64,000 nt of DNA from an uncultured candidate division Zixibacteria bacterium (GCA_963702205.1 OY969724.1:2560001-2624000), one strand, 5' to 3'; counted from the stretch's first letter, positions 49,886 through 60,659 are shown. Translations and numbers: made by a program. The notes: generated from the sequence alone by a model not told the origin.

Positions 49886-50818
49886 ATGGAAGAATATTTA
49901 CGTCTGGATAATATCAGCAAGCACTATGAAGGCAAGGTAGCTGTCGATAATTTGTCGTTGTCGATTCCCAAAGGGTCGATTTACGGCATAATCGGTCCGA
50001 ACGGAGCCGGCAAGACGACCACCATCCGTATGATCATGGACATAATAGCTCCCGATTCGGGGACGATCCATGTCAAAGGCCAACCGGTAACGGCCAAATT
50101 CAAAAACAATGTCGGTTATCTCCCGGAGGAACGCGGTCTTTACAGGAAAATGACGCTGGCCGAGGTGGTCACATATATGGCCGAAATCAAAGGCTGCAGC
50201 AAAAAACAGGTTGATGCCAATATCGATAAATGGCTGAATAAAATGTCCCTGTCGACGTACAAGTTCAAAAAGGTCGAAGAGCTGTCGAAAGGGATGCAGC
50301 AAAAACTCCAGTTCGTCACGACGCTGATTCACGAACCGGAGATGATAATTCTCGACGAGTTATTTTCCGGACTTGACCCGATCAATATCGAGCTTATCAA
50401 AGGCATTCTGCTCGATGAAAAAAGGCGCGAGACCACCATCCTGTTTTCGACGCACGTCATGGAGCAGGCCGAAAAGCTCTGCGATTATATCTGCCTGATA
50501 AATAACGGCCTTAAGGTCCTCGACGGCCGCCTTTCCGAGGTTAAGGCCAAATTCGGGTCGAATTCGATACAGGTCGATATCGAGGGCGACGGAGCCTTTA
50601 TAAAAGACGTCCCCGGCGTGGCGCAAATGATAGAATTCAATAATTATGTCGAATTGAAACTGGCCGATGATGCCGACACCCAGGTTATTCTCAAAGCCAT
50701 ATCGGAGAACGTAAAAATACGGCGGTTTGAACTGATCGAGCCGTCGCTCTACGACATATTCATAGAAGTCGCCAAAACGGACCCACGAGCAAAAGCGACG
50801 GAGGTGACCCATGAATAA
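49886..50818 (+). CDS. ABC-2 type transporter ATP-binding subunit (NatA/YhaQ-like)
   Basis: GPNGAGKTT, GYLPEERGLY, LSKGMQQK, ILDE and STH motifs. Confidence 0.92.
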   Translation: MEEYLRLDNISKHYEGKVAVDNLSLSIPKGSIYGIIGPNGAGKTTTIRMIMDIIAPDSGTIHVKGQPVTAKFKNNVGYLPEERGLYRKMTLAEVVTYMAEIKGCSKKQVDANIDKWLNKMSLSTYKFKKVEELSKGMQQKLQFVTTLIHEPEMIILDELFSGLDPINIELIKGILLDEKRRETTILFSTHVMEQAEKLCDYICLINNGLKVLDGRLSEVKAKFGSNSIQVDIEGDGAFIKDVPGVAQMIEFNNYVELKLADDADTQVILKAISENVKIRRFELIEPSLYDIFIEVAKTDPRAKATEVTHE

Positions 50819-52109
50819 GATGTGGATTGTCATCAAGCGAGAATACGCTCAGGTGGTCAAGAAGAAATCATTCATTATCGGGATATTGTTGACGCCCCTT
50901 TTCATGGTCGTGGTCACGGTCGTCCCGATGCTCCTGGCGTCCAAGAAATCCGACACGACCGAAAAAATAGCCATTATCGACCTGGACCAGCAGGGGATAG
51001 GCGAAAAGTTCAAAGATGAAATTGCCGATTACAAGCTGGATAATGACAAACCGGCTTACAAAGTCACGGACATTTATAATATTGACCCCTCGGATTCGGC
51101 GGCGTACGCATCGCGCAGAGAAGACCTTGATTCGCTAATAAAAACGGGCGGCTTGAAAAGTTATATAATAATCGGAAATAACATATTACAAAACGATTCC
51201 GCTATTCTCGTGGCCAAATCGTTCGGTTTCAGAACCATAAACCGCTTTGAATACCGGATGAGGAACATTCTGGCCGAAAACAGGCTGGAGAAGATGAATA
51301 TTAACGTCGGCATCGATTCCGTTCTGGAAGCCACGCGAAGTGTCGAATTCAGACAGCAGTCGCCCGGCGGCAAAGAACGCGATTTCATGACCTTGTATCT
51401 CGGCGGGATCATATTCGTCATGATAATCTTCATGACAGCGCTGGGTTATGGGCAAACCCTGATGCGTTCGGTAATCGAAGAAAAGAACTCCCGCATAATG
51501 GAAGTACTGGTTTCCTCGATTTCGCCGTTTCAACTTATGGCCGGAAAGGTGGTGGGGCTCGGCATGGCCTCGCTCACTCAGGTGGCGATATGGTTCGTCA
51601 TAGGATTGGGTTTGTGGGCCTTCCGGGGCAGTCTGAATGTCAGCGCCGATATTGCGGGCATTATTTTTAACCCGGTGTTTATTGTTTACTTCATCGTCTT
51701 TCTGGTCCTGGGCTACCTGTTGTATTCGACCCTGTTTGCTCTGATCGGATCGATCGTAAATTCGGATAAAGAAGCGCAGAATTTCATATTCCCGATTACC
51801 ATGTCACTGATCCTGCCGGTAATCGTTGCCTCGTATATCGTGCAGGAGCCGGATTCTACCATCGCGGTCGTGCTGTCTCTGATACCGATGTTCACGCCGA
51901 CGATGATGATTCTGCGTCTCAATTTCACAGGTGTTGATACATTCAGCTTCGCGAATCCGATGATCGTTCAGGCGACCATCGGTGTAGTCCTGACGCTTTT
52001 GGCGACGATTGCCGTCATCTGGGTAACAGGAAAAATATTCAGGGTCGGAATCCTTATGTACGGAAAACGACCGACATTACCGGAAATTATAAAATGGGTG
52101 AAACATTAG
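50811..52109 (+). CDS. ABC-2 type transporter permease (NatB/YhaP-like)
   Basis: REY...VKKKSF, EEKNSRIMEVLVSS..P.QLM.GK and KIFRVGILMYGK motifs. Confidence 0.92.
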   Translation: MNKMWIVIKREYAQVVKKKSFIIGILLTPLFMVVVTVVPMLLASKKSDTTEKIAIIDLDQQGIGEKFKDEIADYKLDNDKPAYKVTDIYNIDPSDSAAYASRREDLDSLIKTGGLKSYIIIGNNILQNDSAILVAKSFGFRTINRFEYRMRNILAENRLEKMNINVGIDSVLEATRSVEFRQQSPGGKERDFMTLYLGGIIFVMIIFMTALGYGQTLMRSVIEEKNSRIMEVLVSSISPFQLMAGKVVGLGMASLTQVAIWFVIGLGLWAFRGSLNVSADIAGIIFNPVFIVYFIVFLVLGYLLYSTLFALIGSIVNSDKEAQNFIFPITMSLILPVIVASYIVQEPDSTIAVVLSLIPMFTPTMMILRLNFTGVDTFSFANPMIVQATIGVVLTLLATIAVIWVTGKIFRVGILMYGKRPTLPEIIKWVKH

Positions 52110-53026
52110 ATAACTACGAAAAGACCGATAAAAAAGGCGTGATTGCGCTGTCCATAATGGGCATAAGCACTCTGTTCATCATGGCTTATTTTCTGGGCCT
52201 GACCGAATCGCAATCCGGCACTTTGTATACGATGGAAGAACAGCAGCAGGCATTTTCTTTCGATCTGCCGGATTCCAACCTCAGCCGCGACCTGCATTTG
52301 AATCTCAAGGCAGCGATTGCAATAGATAATAGGAAGCACGATGTCATTTATTGCTATAACGCCGATCAAATCCGGCCGGTGGCGTCGATTTCGAAGCTCT
52401 TGACGGCCATGATCGTGCTCGATAATTACAATCCCGATACCGTCCTGACAATCACGAAACAGGACGCCCGAAATTCGTCACGGTCGCTGTTCCGGACGGG
52501 GGACAGGGTCCGGGCCAAAGATCTTCTTCACGCCGCGATGCTTCAGTCCGACAACCGGGCGGCCCGGGCGCTGGCACGGCACGTGGCGGGGAGTTATGAG
52601 GATTTCGCGCGCAATATGAATAACGTCGCCAAAGCCTGCGGTCTGGAAAATACCGTGATGTTCGAGCCGACCGGGCTCGACGAGCGCAACTGCTCGACCG
52701 CCGCCGACGTGGCAAAACTGCTCAATATCGCCTATCACAAATATCCCGAACTGGCACACATCACAAGTCTCAAGAAATATACTTTCAGCCTGATCAATCG
52801 CAAAAAAAGGATTCAGCTGGTTAATACCAACCGTATGGTTTTTTCAAAATATAAGGTCAAAGCCGGAAAGACGGGATATATCATAGAATCAGATTATTGC
52901 CTGGCCACGATCCTGCAGAATTCAAAGGGTGAAGAGGTCACAGTGGTCGTCCTTGGAGCACCGGGAAATAATACTCGTTTCCGCGAGGCCCGACGACTCG
53001 CCAATTACGCCTTCAGCAGGATTTAA
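52094..53026 (+). CDS. Peptidase S11 D-alanyl-D-alanine carboxy/endopeptidase
   Basis: ASISKL (SxxK), SDN and KTG motifs; N-terminal TM anchor. Confidence 0.9.
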   Translation: MGETLDNYEKTDKKGVIALSIMGISTLFIMAYFLGLTESQSGTLYTMEEQQQAFSFDLPDSNLSRDLHLNLKAAIAIDNRKHDVIYCYNADQIRPVASISKLLTAMIVLDNYNPDTVLTITKQDARNSSRSLFRTGDRVRAKDLLHAAMLQSDNRAARALARHVAGSYEDFARNMNNVAKACGLENTVMFEPTGLDERNCSTAADVAKLLNIAYHKYPELAHITSLKKYTFSLINRKKRIQLVNTNRMVFSKYKVKAGKTGYIIESDYCLATILQNSKGEEVTVVVLGAPGNNTRFREARRLANYAFSRI

Positions 53027-53062
53027 ATTCTCAGCCTTTGAAACGAGAAAACCCACAGCAAT

Positions 53063-53233
53063 GGGCCTGTTGAAAAAGCCTGTTCGGTCAGGTCCTGCGT
53101 CCCGATTTATCGGGGCGTGTGACCTGACCGCATTGTAAGTCATTGAAGCTAAAGAGGCCGTCAGGTATCAATCCCGACTTCGTCGGGATCAGCACCTGAC
53201 GGAACATATTGGCGCCGCTTTTTCAACAAACCC
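53063..53233. mobile_element. MITE-like element 1 with imperfect TIRs enclosing two REP-like hairpins
   Basis: GGGCCTGTTGAAAAAGC ... GCTTTTTCAACAAACCC (12-bp perfect core); flanked by CAAT and CAAG; no transposase. Confidence 0.6.
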
Positions 53234-53237
53234 CAAG

Positions 53238-53390
53238 GAGGCTGTCCCAAAAGTGTTCCGTCGGGTCCTGATTTCAACGCAGTCGAAATTGTCACCCGAC
53301 GGAAACCGTTGAAAGACCGCAGGGTCACATCCCGACTTCGTCGGGACATGACCCCGCGGAACTTAAAAGGCGTACTTTTGGGACAGCCTC
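53238..53390. mobile_element. MITE-like element 2 with perfect 17-bp TIRs and a 4-bp direct repeat
   Basis: CAAG-[GAGGCTGTCCCAAAAGT ... ACTTTTGGGACAGCCTC]-CAAG; two internal hairpins. Confidence 0.72.
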
Positions 53391-53546
53391 CAAGCTGTGG
53401 GCGACACTGTCAGGCCGGATTAAATAATGAAACGCAGCCTTAAAAATCCAGACTTTAATGAAGATTGAAATTGCATCGTTCTATATAATTTTTGGGATGG
53501 CCTATTTTTGAAAAGATGGTGTCACTAAAGATATATTATGTTAACA

Positions 53547-53602
53547 TACGCCTTCTTTTAATAGCTACCGGTAATCAATACTTTTAAAAATAAGAAGGCG
53601 TA
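53547..53602 (-). terminator. Large-loop inverted repeat just after the leuS stop
   Basis: TACGCCTTCTT (53547-53557) / AAGAAGGCGTA (53592-53602). Confidence 0.4.
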
Positions 53603-53612
53603 GCCTGGCCTG

Positions 53613-56123
53613 CTATTTGACCACCAGATTGACCAGTCGACCGGGCACATAGATCTTCTTGACTATATCCTTGCCGTCCAGATATGGCTTGACTCGGTCG
53701 TTTTCGACAGCGGCTTTTATAATCACGTCTTTATCTGAATCGCGCGCAATGTCGATTTCACCGCGCAGCTTACCGTTAACCTGAACCGCAATTTTAATCG
53801 AGTCAAACTCGACGGCTTTTGGGTCGTATTCCGGCCAGGACGCTTTAAATACGGAATCCTTTTGACCGCACAGCCGCCACATTTCTTCGGCCATATGTGG
53901 TGCCATCGGCGCAATCATGATTATCGCTTTCAATATTATATTATTGTTCAGATGCTTGCCTGCGATTTTGTCAGCATCAAAATCCCGCACCAGCTCCATG
54001 AGCGCCGACAGAGCCGTATTGAACTGCAGACGATCATAATCTTCACCAACCCGTTTAATTGTCTGATTTAACCTTATATACAGCTTGCGGTCGAAGTCGC
54101 TCAAATCATCCACGTTAAAGTGATACTTTAAGTTAGTCGCCGTATCGGGATTAAAGTCATCCACCAGCGGATAGAATTTATTATACAGGAACTTCTCCGG
54201 CCCGATTAAAACCTCGTTGGTCCAGAGAACCTCTTTTTCGGTCGGGGCCGTGAAAAACATCCCCAGCCGGGAGACGTCAACACCCCGCTGTTCCATAAGT
54301 GTGATCGGGGAGACCACGTTGCCTTTGGACTTGGACATTACCTCGCCTTGGCCGTCGAGAACCATGCCGTGGTTGAATAGCGTCCTGGCGGGCTCATCGT
54401 CGTTGACCCAGCCAATATCTTTCAGGAATTTCTGGAAGAACCGGAAATATATCAAATGCCCCGTGGCGTGCGTAATGCCGCCTATATAAAGGTCGATCGG
54501 CATCCACCCGGCCGCTTTTTCTTTGGAAAATACCTCGGAGTCATTGTGCGCATCGATATAGCGCAGGTAATACCACGACGAGCAAACGAAGGTGTCCATT
54601 GTATCCGGATCGCGCTCGGCCTCTCCCCCACAGCTCGGGCATTTTACGTGCATGAATTCGGGCACATCGGCCAGCGGTGAGCGTCCTTTGGGTAGGAAGT
54701 TCCTGGTGTCGGGCAAAAGCACCGGCAGATCGTCTTCCGGGACCGCGACCGGTCCGCATTTCTTGCAGTGTATGATCGGTATCGGGCAACCCCAGTAGCG
54801 CTGGCGCGAAATCGACCAGTCGCGAAGCTTGTAATTGATCTTACCGCATCCGAAGCCCTGCTGCTCGGCGTATTCCGTGACCTTCTTTATGGCATCCTGA
54901 CCGACCAGTCCGTCGAACCGGCCCGAGTTGACCATAACGCCGTAATCGGTGAACGCATCGTCCATCTCGTCCAGATTCATGCTGGTGGTTTTGTCCGGAT
55001 GAATAACAATTCTGATCGGTATATCATACTTTTTCGCGAACAGAAAATCGCGGCTGTCGTGGGCCGGGACCGCCATCACGGCGCCGGTGCCATAACCGGC
55101 CAGAACGTAATCGGCCACCCACAGCTGGACTTCTTCGCCGTTGTACGGATTTATGGCGTACTTGCCCGTGAAAACACCGTCTTTGTCGCCCTGTGCGGCC
55201 CGGTCGATTTCCGAACGCATCTGGACGGTCCGGCGGTATTCTTCAACCTTTGCTTTAAATTCGCTCTCTAAATTAAGCCTGCCGACCAAAGGCGATTCCG
55301 GGGCGATGGCCATGAAAGTAACGCCATATATAGTATCCGGACGGGTCGTGAAAATCGGCAGCTTCTCCCCGGTTTCCTTTATAGTGAAATCTATTTCGGC
55401 CCCGTGGGAGCGACCAATCCATTCTTTCTGCATCGTTTTGACGTTATCCGGCCAATCGGGCAGGGTGTCGAGGTCATCGATCAGGCGGTCGGCGTAATCG
55501 GTAATTTTGAAATACCAGCCAACCAGCTCTTTCTTTTCGACCGGCGTGCCGCACCGCTCGCATCTGCCGTCCACGACCTGTTCGTTGGCCAGCACGGTTT
55601 TATCTTCGGGGCACCAGTTGATCAGCCCGGTTTTTTGGTAGGCCAGGCCCTTTTTGAAAAGCTGGATAAAAATCCACTGGGTCCATTTATAATAATCCGG
55701 ATTGCACGAAATCACTTCGCGTGACCAGTCAAAGGAGATACCGACCTTTTTTAAAGTACTGCGTGAGACCTCGATGTTTTTCCGGGTCCATTCAGCCGGA
55801 TGGAGATTTCTCTGAATCGCCGCTCTTTCGGCGGGCAAACCGAACGCATCCCAGCCGAACGGATGAAGCACGTCGTAGCCCTGGAGCATCTTGTAACGGG
55901 CGACGGCATCGCCGACGATATAATTCCGGAAATGTCCCATGTGAATGTCACCCGAGGGGTACGCGAACATGACGAGCATATAGAATTTCTTTTCGCCGGG
56001 CTGGTCGGGCGCCCGGAACAGCTTCTGATCTTCCCAGTATTTTTGCCATCTCGGCTCGATGGTTTTAAAATCGTAATATTTTTCTTTCGATGTCTTTTCC
56101 GTCATGGCTTTATCCATCCGCAT
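53613..56123 (-). CDS. leuS: Leucine--tRNA ligase
   Basis: MFAYPSGDIHMGH, FTTRPDT, DWSISRQRYWG, MSKSKGN and VQVNGK motifs; the real start may be 56117 or 56105. Confidence 0.97.
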   Translation of the reverse strand: MRMDKAMTEKTSKEKYYDFKTIEPRWQKYWEDQKLFRAPDQPGEKKFYMLVMFAYPSGDIHMGHFRNYIVGDAVARYKMLQGYDVLHPFGWDAFGLPAERAAIQRNLHPAEWTRKNIEVSRSTLKKVGISFDWSREVISCNPDYYKWTQWIFIQLFKKGLAYQKTGLINWCPEDKTVLANEQVVDGRCERCGTPVEKKELVGWYFKITDYADRLIDDLDTLPDWPDNVKTMQKEWIGRSHGAEIDFTIKETGEKLPIFTTRPDTIYGVTFMAIAPESPLVGRLNLESEFKAKVEEYRRTVQMRSEIDRAAQGDKDGVFTGKYAINPYNGEEVQLWVADYVLAGYGTGAVMAVPAHDSRDFLFAKKYDIPIRIVIHPDKTTSMNLDEMDDAFTDYGVMVNSGRFDGLVGQDAIKKVTEYAEQQGFGCGKINYKLRDWSISRQRYWGCPIPIIHCKKCGPVAVPEDDLPVLLPDTRNFLPKGRSPLADVPEFMHVKCPSCGGEAERDPDTMDTFVCSSWYYLRYIDAHNDSEVFSKEKAAGWMPIDLYIGGITHATGHLIYFRFFQKFLKDIGWVNDDEPARTLFNHGMVLDGQGEVMSKSKGNVVSPITLMEQRGVDVSRLGMFFTAPTEKEVLWTNEVLIGPEKFLYNKFYPLVDDFNPDTATNLKYHFNVDDLSDFDRKLYIRLNQTIKRVGEDYDRLQFNTALSALMELVRDFDADKIAGKHLNNNIILKAIIMIAPMAPHMAEEMWRLCGQKDSVFKASWPEYDPKAVEFDSIKIAVQVNGKLRGEIDIARDSDKDVIIKAAVENDRVKPYLDGKDIVKKIYVPGRLVNLVVK

Positions 56124-56197
56124 TGTGATTTAAAAAGACTGAATTTAGGGCTATTCAATCCATATATCAAGAGTTTTCGGATAAACGTGTCGGCAGA

Positions 56198-56971
56198 TTA
56201 ATCGCGGGCCGGGAGATTTTTCCCGCGAAGTCGATTGAGCAGGATGGTCCCGCCCGAGTAGGAATTGATAATGTTCTCTTTGAACCGCTCAAGCGCCGCA
56301 CTGGCCCCTCCCCCGGTCTTTTTAAGCACCGTATAAGGGCTGTCCCAGGCATAGACGGCCGACCGTCGCACCGAAAACCCGTTGCCGTCGGAAGGTATTT
56401 GAGCCAATGAAAAACCGCGCTCATAGCCGACTTCCAAAGCTGCCGCTTCGACTTTTTCGTTAACTCGTCCGAAAGGATAGCTCATATATTTTATTGGTCT
56501 GCCAGTTATATCCTCGAGTATCCTTTTGGATTTTTCCAGTTCAAGTCGCAGGAATCGGTCGGACAGCGTCGTCAGTGCTAAATGTGAGTGCCCGTGGGAG
56601 CCGATTTCGACGCCTTCGCCAGATAAGCGGCGTATATCAGTGGCGGACAAATGCTCGCGCGGAGTCAGAAACGATGAATAATCCCAGCTGTTTTTGCGGC
56701 CAATCATTCCACTGGAGATAAAAACGGTCGCCGGTATCGAGTATTCTTTTAATATGGGAATAGCGTTTTCAAGAAACGACTTATAGCCGTCATCGAAAGT
56801 GAAGGACAAGCTTGATTGTTTATTGGGCGATGCAAGGATTTCTAAAAGCGCACAGAATTTATAATCTTCAACTTTAAGATATTTGCACAACCGCTTTAAT
56901 TTATTTGGCTTATAATTGTTAATTCCGATTGAAAAACGATCGTCGGTATTATGAAAGGCGAGAATCGCCAT
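56198..56971 (-). CDS. Polysaccharide deacetylase (CE4/NodB)
   Basis: ILAFH, TFDDGY, IGSHGHSH and SYPFG motifs. Confidence 0.88.
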   Translation of the reverse strand: MAILAFHNTDDRFSIGINNYKPNKLKRLCKYLKVEDYKFCALLEILASPNKQSSLSFTFDDGYKSFLENAIPILKEYSIPATVFISSGMIGRKNSWDYSSFLTPREHLSATDIRRLSGEGVEIGSHGHSHLALTTLSDRFLRLELEKSKRILEDITGRPIKYMSYPFGRVNEKVEAAALEVGYERGFSLAQIPSDGNGFSVRRSAVYAWDSPYTVLKKTGGGASAALERFKENIINSYSGGTILLNRLRGKNLPARD

Positions 56972-56986
56972 GGGGGTAACCCGAAG

Positions 56987-58261
56987 TCAGGACCACTTAA
57001 TGGATGAAAGGTCGGAGTTTTTTATCGGACCGAGCGAAGTCACCGTCAGCTTTTTCGAGTCAATGATCCTGTTGGCTATCTCTATGATGTCAGAAGCATT
57101 GGTCTTTTCTATCGCCCGAATCGTGTCTTTCATCGACATATAACTGCCGGTCAGGGATTCGAATCGGCCGAGACGGTTCATTCGTCCCGAGGTCGATTCC
57201 ATACCCAAAAGAAGATTGCCTTTTATCTGTGCTTTGATTGTATCGAGCTGACCGTTGGACAGCTTCCGCCTTTTGATTCTTTTCAGTTCATCCATGACGA
57301 TATGCATCGCCTGCTGGACGCGGCTTTTTTCGGTGGCGAGATAGATCCCGAAGACCCCGTTGTCGCGGTAGAAATCGGTAAAGGAAAAGACGGTATAGGC
57401 CAGACCTTTGTCCTCGCGGATTTTCTGGAACAGGACCGATGACATCCCGCCCCCGAGATAGGTATTGAGACACAAGAGGGCGAAACGATCATCGTGGCCG
57501 AAATGCAGCCCCGGAAAACCGAGACACAGATGGGTCTGACTGGAACCGTTCCGGAAGCATTTGACCGCGAAATCATCGGGAGAGACGCTCCCGTTGGCAG
57601 CAGCCGGTTCTCCACCGCCGACCATGAATTTCTCTTTCACCATTTCCAGCAGTTTTCGATGTGAGACATTGCCGGCGGCCGAAATGACGATCTTTCCCCC
57701 CGTATAGTGCGACTTCATATATGACTTAATCAGCTTGCGGTCGATCGCAGCGATGCTCTGATATGATCCAAGGATTGGCTGTCCGAGAGCCTGCTCCCTC
57801 CAAAAAACACGAGAAAACAAGTCATGGATATGATCGGATGGGGTGTCTTCGATTTCCGTTATTTCTTCGGCCACGACCTGCTTTTCGCGCTCGATATTGA
57901 TCCTGCTGAAAGTGGAATTGATCAGGATATCCGAGAGTACGTCGATAGCGACACCTAAGTGTTCATCGAGCACCAGCGCATGAAAACAGGTTTGTTCGCG
58001 TGATGTGAAAGCATTTATCGAACCGCCCAAAGATTCTATTGAGGAAGCTATCTTTTTGGCGCTGCGGTGATGCGTTCCTTTGAACAGCATGTGTTCAATG
58101 AAATGAGTCAGGCCGCGTTCCCGGTCGTTTTCGTCGCGGGAACCCACGTTGACCCAAACCCCGACCGCAACCGATTTCACGGCCGGGACTTGTTCGGTAA
58201 CAAGACGGAGCCCGCCGGGCAGGACCGTCTTTTTGTATTTCACTCCGGGCAGCGTCGCCAT
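56987..58261 (-). CDS. M16 (pitrilysin-family) zinc peptidase
   Basis: GLTHFIEHMLFKGT, NAFTSRE and LGGGMSS..FQKIRE..GLAY motifs; typical position after pnp. Confidence 0.93.
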   Translation of the reverse strand: MATLPGVKYKKTVLPGGLRLVTEQVPAVKSVAVGVWVNVGSRDENDRERGLTHFIEHMLFKGTHHRSAKKIASSIESLGGSINAFTSREQTCFHALVLDEHLGVAIDVLSDILINSTFSRINIEREKQVVAEEITEIEDTPSDHIHDLFSRVFWREQALGQPILGSYQSIAAIDRKLIKSYMKSHYTGGKIVISAAGNVSHRKLLEMVKEKFMVGGGEPAAANGSVSPDDFAVKCFRNGSSQTHLCLGFPGLHFGHDDRFALLCLNTYLGGGMSSVLFQKIREDKGLAYTVFSFTDFYRDNGVFGIYLATEKSRVQQAMHIVMDELKRIKRRKLSNGQLDTIKAQIKGNLLLGMESTSGRMNRLGRFESLTGSYMSMKDTIRAIEKTNASDIIEIANRIIDSKKLTVTSLGPIKNSDLSSIKWS

Positions 58262-58279
58262 ATTCAGACACCAATCATA

Positions 58280-60376
58280 TTATTGTTGGTGGTGCTCCGG
58301 ACGCGGCAGCAGCGCGCGACGCGACAGCCGTATTTTGCCTTCCGGATCGATATTGATTACCTTGACGCGGACATGATCGCCGACGTTCAGATAATCCTCG
58401 ACCCGATTAACCCGAGCGTGATCGATCTCGGAAATATGAATCAACCCGTCGGTGTTCGGCAATATTTCGACGAAAGCACCGAAATTGGTTATGCGACGGA
58501 CGGTACCTTCGTATTCCCTGCCAATTTCGGCTTCTTCGGTCAGTTTTTCGATCATCTCTTTCGCTTTGGCTCCGGCTTCGCCGTCGACGCTGGCGATAAG
58601 CACGGTGCCATCGTCGCTGATGTCGATCTTGGCGCCGGTAGCTTCGATGATACTACGGATCATCTTGCCGCCGGGGCCGATCACCTCACCGATCTTCTCG
58701 ACCTTGATCTTGATCGTGATAATACGAGGAGCGTAGGCCGACAGGTCTGCCCGGCTCTTGTCGATCACGGCGTTCATTTTGTCCAGAATAAACAACCGCG
58801 CCTTGCGGGCATTTTCCAGTGCGTGGCTCATGATTTCGAGCGTCAGCCCCGATATCTTTATATCGAGTTGAAACGCCGTGATACCCTGGGCCGTCCCGGT
58901 GACTTTGAAGTCCATATCACCGGAATGGTCTTCATCGCCGAGAATATCGGTCAGAATAAAGACGTTGTCTTTTTCAAGTATCAAGCCCATGGCCACACCG
59001 GCAACGGCGTCTTTGATCGGAACGCCGCCGTCCATCAGGGCCAGCGAACCGCCGCACACCGAGGCCATCGACGACGACCCGTTGGATTCCAGGATTTCCG
59101 AAACCAGTCTGATCGTGTACGGGAAATGCCCTTCGACCGGAATAATCGGCTGCAGGGCTCGTTCGGCCAGAGCCCCGTGGCCGACTTCGCGGCGACCGAC
59201 ACCGCGTATGGGTCGAACCTCACCGACCGAAAACGACGGAAAGTTATAGTGCAGCATGTAGCTCTTGGTGGATTCACCTTCGAGATCGTCGATGCGCTGC
59301 TCGTCGATTTTGGTGCCGAGCGTAAGAGCCACCAGCGCCTGAGTCTGGCCGCGTGTGAACAAAGCCGAACCGTGCGTTCTCGGCAGAATACCCACTTCGC
59401 AGGTTATCTCGCGGATTTCATCGAGACCGCGACCGTCGATACGCTTTTGTTCTTCGATAATCATGCGCCGCATGGTGACGGCATCGACGTCGTGGAGCAC
59501 CGAACCGATCTGGTTTTCCATTTCCGGATATTCTTCGGCCAGGGCCGTCTGGACTTCTTCTTCCAGCTGGCGCCTTTTGGCTTTGCGTTCGTCTTTGTCG
59601 GCGATGTGATTGCATTCGGCAAAGCGCGCTTCGGACATTTCCGTAACCTTGGCTTTGAGAGTCGGGTCAATTTCAAAAGGTACGAATTCGGCTTTGGGCT
59701 TTCCGCATGTGCCGTGCAGTTCGTCTATTTTTTCGCAGATCATCTTGATGTGTTCGTGCCCGAAAGCGAGCGCCTCGACCATATCCGCTTCGGACACTTC
59801 ACGGCCGCCGCCCTCGACCATCGTGATCGAATCCATGCCACCGGCGACGGTAATATTTATGTCCGAGTTTTCCAGCTCCTGGAACGACGGAAATACTATT
59901 AACTGACCGTCGATTCTCCCGACCCGTACACCGGCGATAGTCCTGGTGAAGGGGATGTCGGAGAGTACTAATGAAGCCGACGTGCCTATCAGCCCGAGGA
60001 CGTCGGCATCATTGACCAGATCGGCCGACAGAACGATGTTATGGCACTGTACCTCGTTAAAGTAGCCGTTCGGGAATAACGGCCGAATGGGCCGGTCAAT
60101 AATGCGGCAGGACAGAATTTCTTTTTCCGAAGGCCGACCTTCGCGTTTGAAAAAACCGCCCGGGATTTTGCCCGCGGCATAGGTTTTCTCGCGATAATCG
60201 ACCGTCAGAGGAAAAAAGTCCCGACCTTCGACCGGTTTTTCCGTGGCGACCACGGCTGAAAGAATAATTGTATCGCCTAAACGCACCGTCACCGAACCGT
60301 TAGCCTGTTTCGCCACCTTGCCGGTTTCAATCGTAAGCAGTTTACCACCAATTTCCAGTTCTACGTTGTGTATCAT
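58280..60376 (-). CDS. pnp: Polyribonucleotide nucleotidyltransferase
   Basis: FFPLTVDY, GKIPGGFFKRE, RREVGHG and GDMDFK motifs; KH and S1 domains. Confidence 0.98.
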   Translation of the reverse strand: MIHNVELEIGGKLLTIETGKVAKQANGSVTVRLGDTIILSAVVATEKPVEGRDFFPLTVDYREKTYAAGKIPGGFFKREGRPSEKEILSCRIIDRPIRPLFPNGYFNEVQCHNIVLSADLVNDADVLGLIGTSASLVLSDIPFTRTIAGVRVGRIDGQLIVFPSFQELENSDINITVAGGMDSITMVEGGGREVSEADMVEALAFGHEHIKMICEKIDELHGTCGKPKAEFVPFEIDPTLKAKVTEMSEARFAECNHIADKDERKAKRRQLEEEVQTALAEEYPEMENQIGSVLHDVDAVTMRRMIIEEQKRIDGRGLDEIREITCEVGILPRTHGSALFTRGQTQALVALTLGTKIDEQRIDDLEGESTKSYMLHYNFPSFSVGEVRPIRGVGRREVGHGALAERALQPIIPVEGHFPYTIRLVSEILESNGSSSMASVCGGSLALMDGGVPIKDAVAGVAMGLILEKDNVFILTDILGDEDHSGDMDFKVTGTAQGITAFQLDIKISGLTLEIMSHALENARKARLFILDKMNAVIDKSRADLSAYAPRIITIKIKVEKIGEVIGPGGKMIRSIIEATGAKIDISDDGTVLIASVDGEAGAKAKEMIEKLTEEAEIGREYEGTVRRITNFGAFVEILPNTDGLIHISEIDHARVNRVEDYLNVGDHVRVKVINIDPEGKIRLSRRALLPRPEHHQQ

Positions 60377-60389
60377 CCAGTCCCCCGCC

Positions 60390-60659
60390 CTATCGTCTGA
60401 TATTAAGTTTGGCTATCAATTGTCGATAGCTTTCAATGTCGCGATCCATCAGGTAATTGAGCAAACGACGACGCCTGCCCACTTTCTTCAGCAGTCCGCG
60501 GCGACTGTGAAAATCCTTGGAATGTTCTTTCAAATGCAGCGTAAGTGCATTAATGTCCTCGGACAATATCGCAATCTGGACTTCCGGTGACCCGGTGTCG
60601 GTTGCGTGCAGACGATTATCCGCGATGATGTCCGCTTTGCGTTCGTTGCTAATAGCCAT
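60390..60659 (-). CDS. rpsO: 30S ribosomal protein S15
   Basis: [10 protein letters not shown] and KDFHSRRGL motifs. Confidence 0.98.
   Translation of the reverse strand: MAISNERKADIIADNRLHATDTGSPEVQIAILSEDINALTLHLKEHSKDFHSRRGLLKKVGRRRRLLNYLMDRDIESYRQLIAKLNIRR

Noticed and set aside
53059..53394. CRISPR array or small protein genes in the repeat region
   Set aside because: The repeats are inverted and nested rather than regularly spaced direct repeats; there are no cas genes; the ORFs are translations of palindromes.
58067..59902. 611-aa plus-strand ORF
   Set aside because: Antisense shadow of pnp with no recognisable motifs; expected from codon bias.
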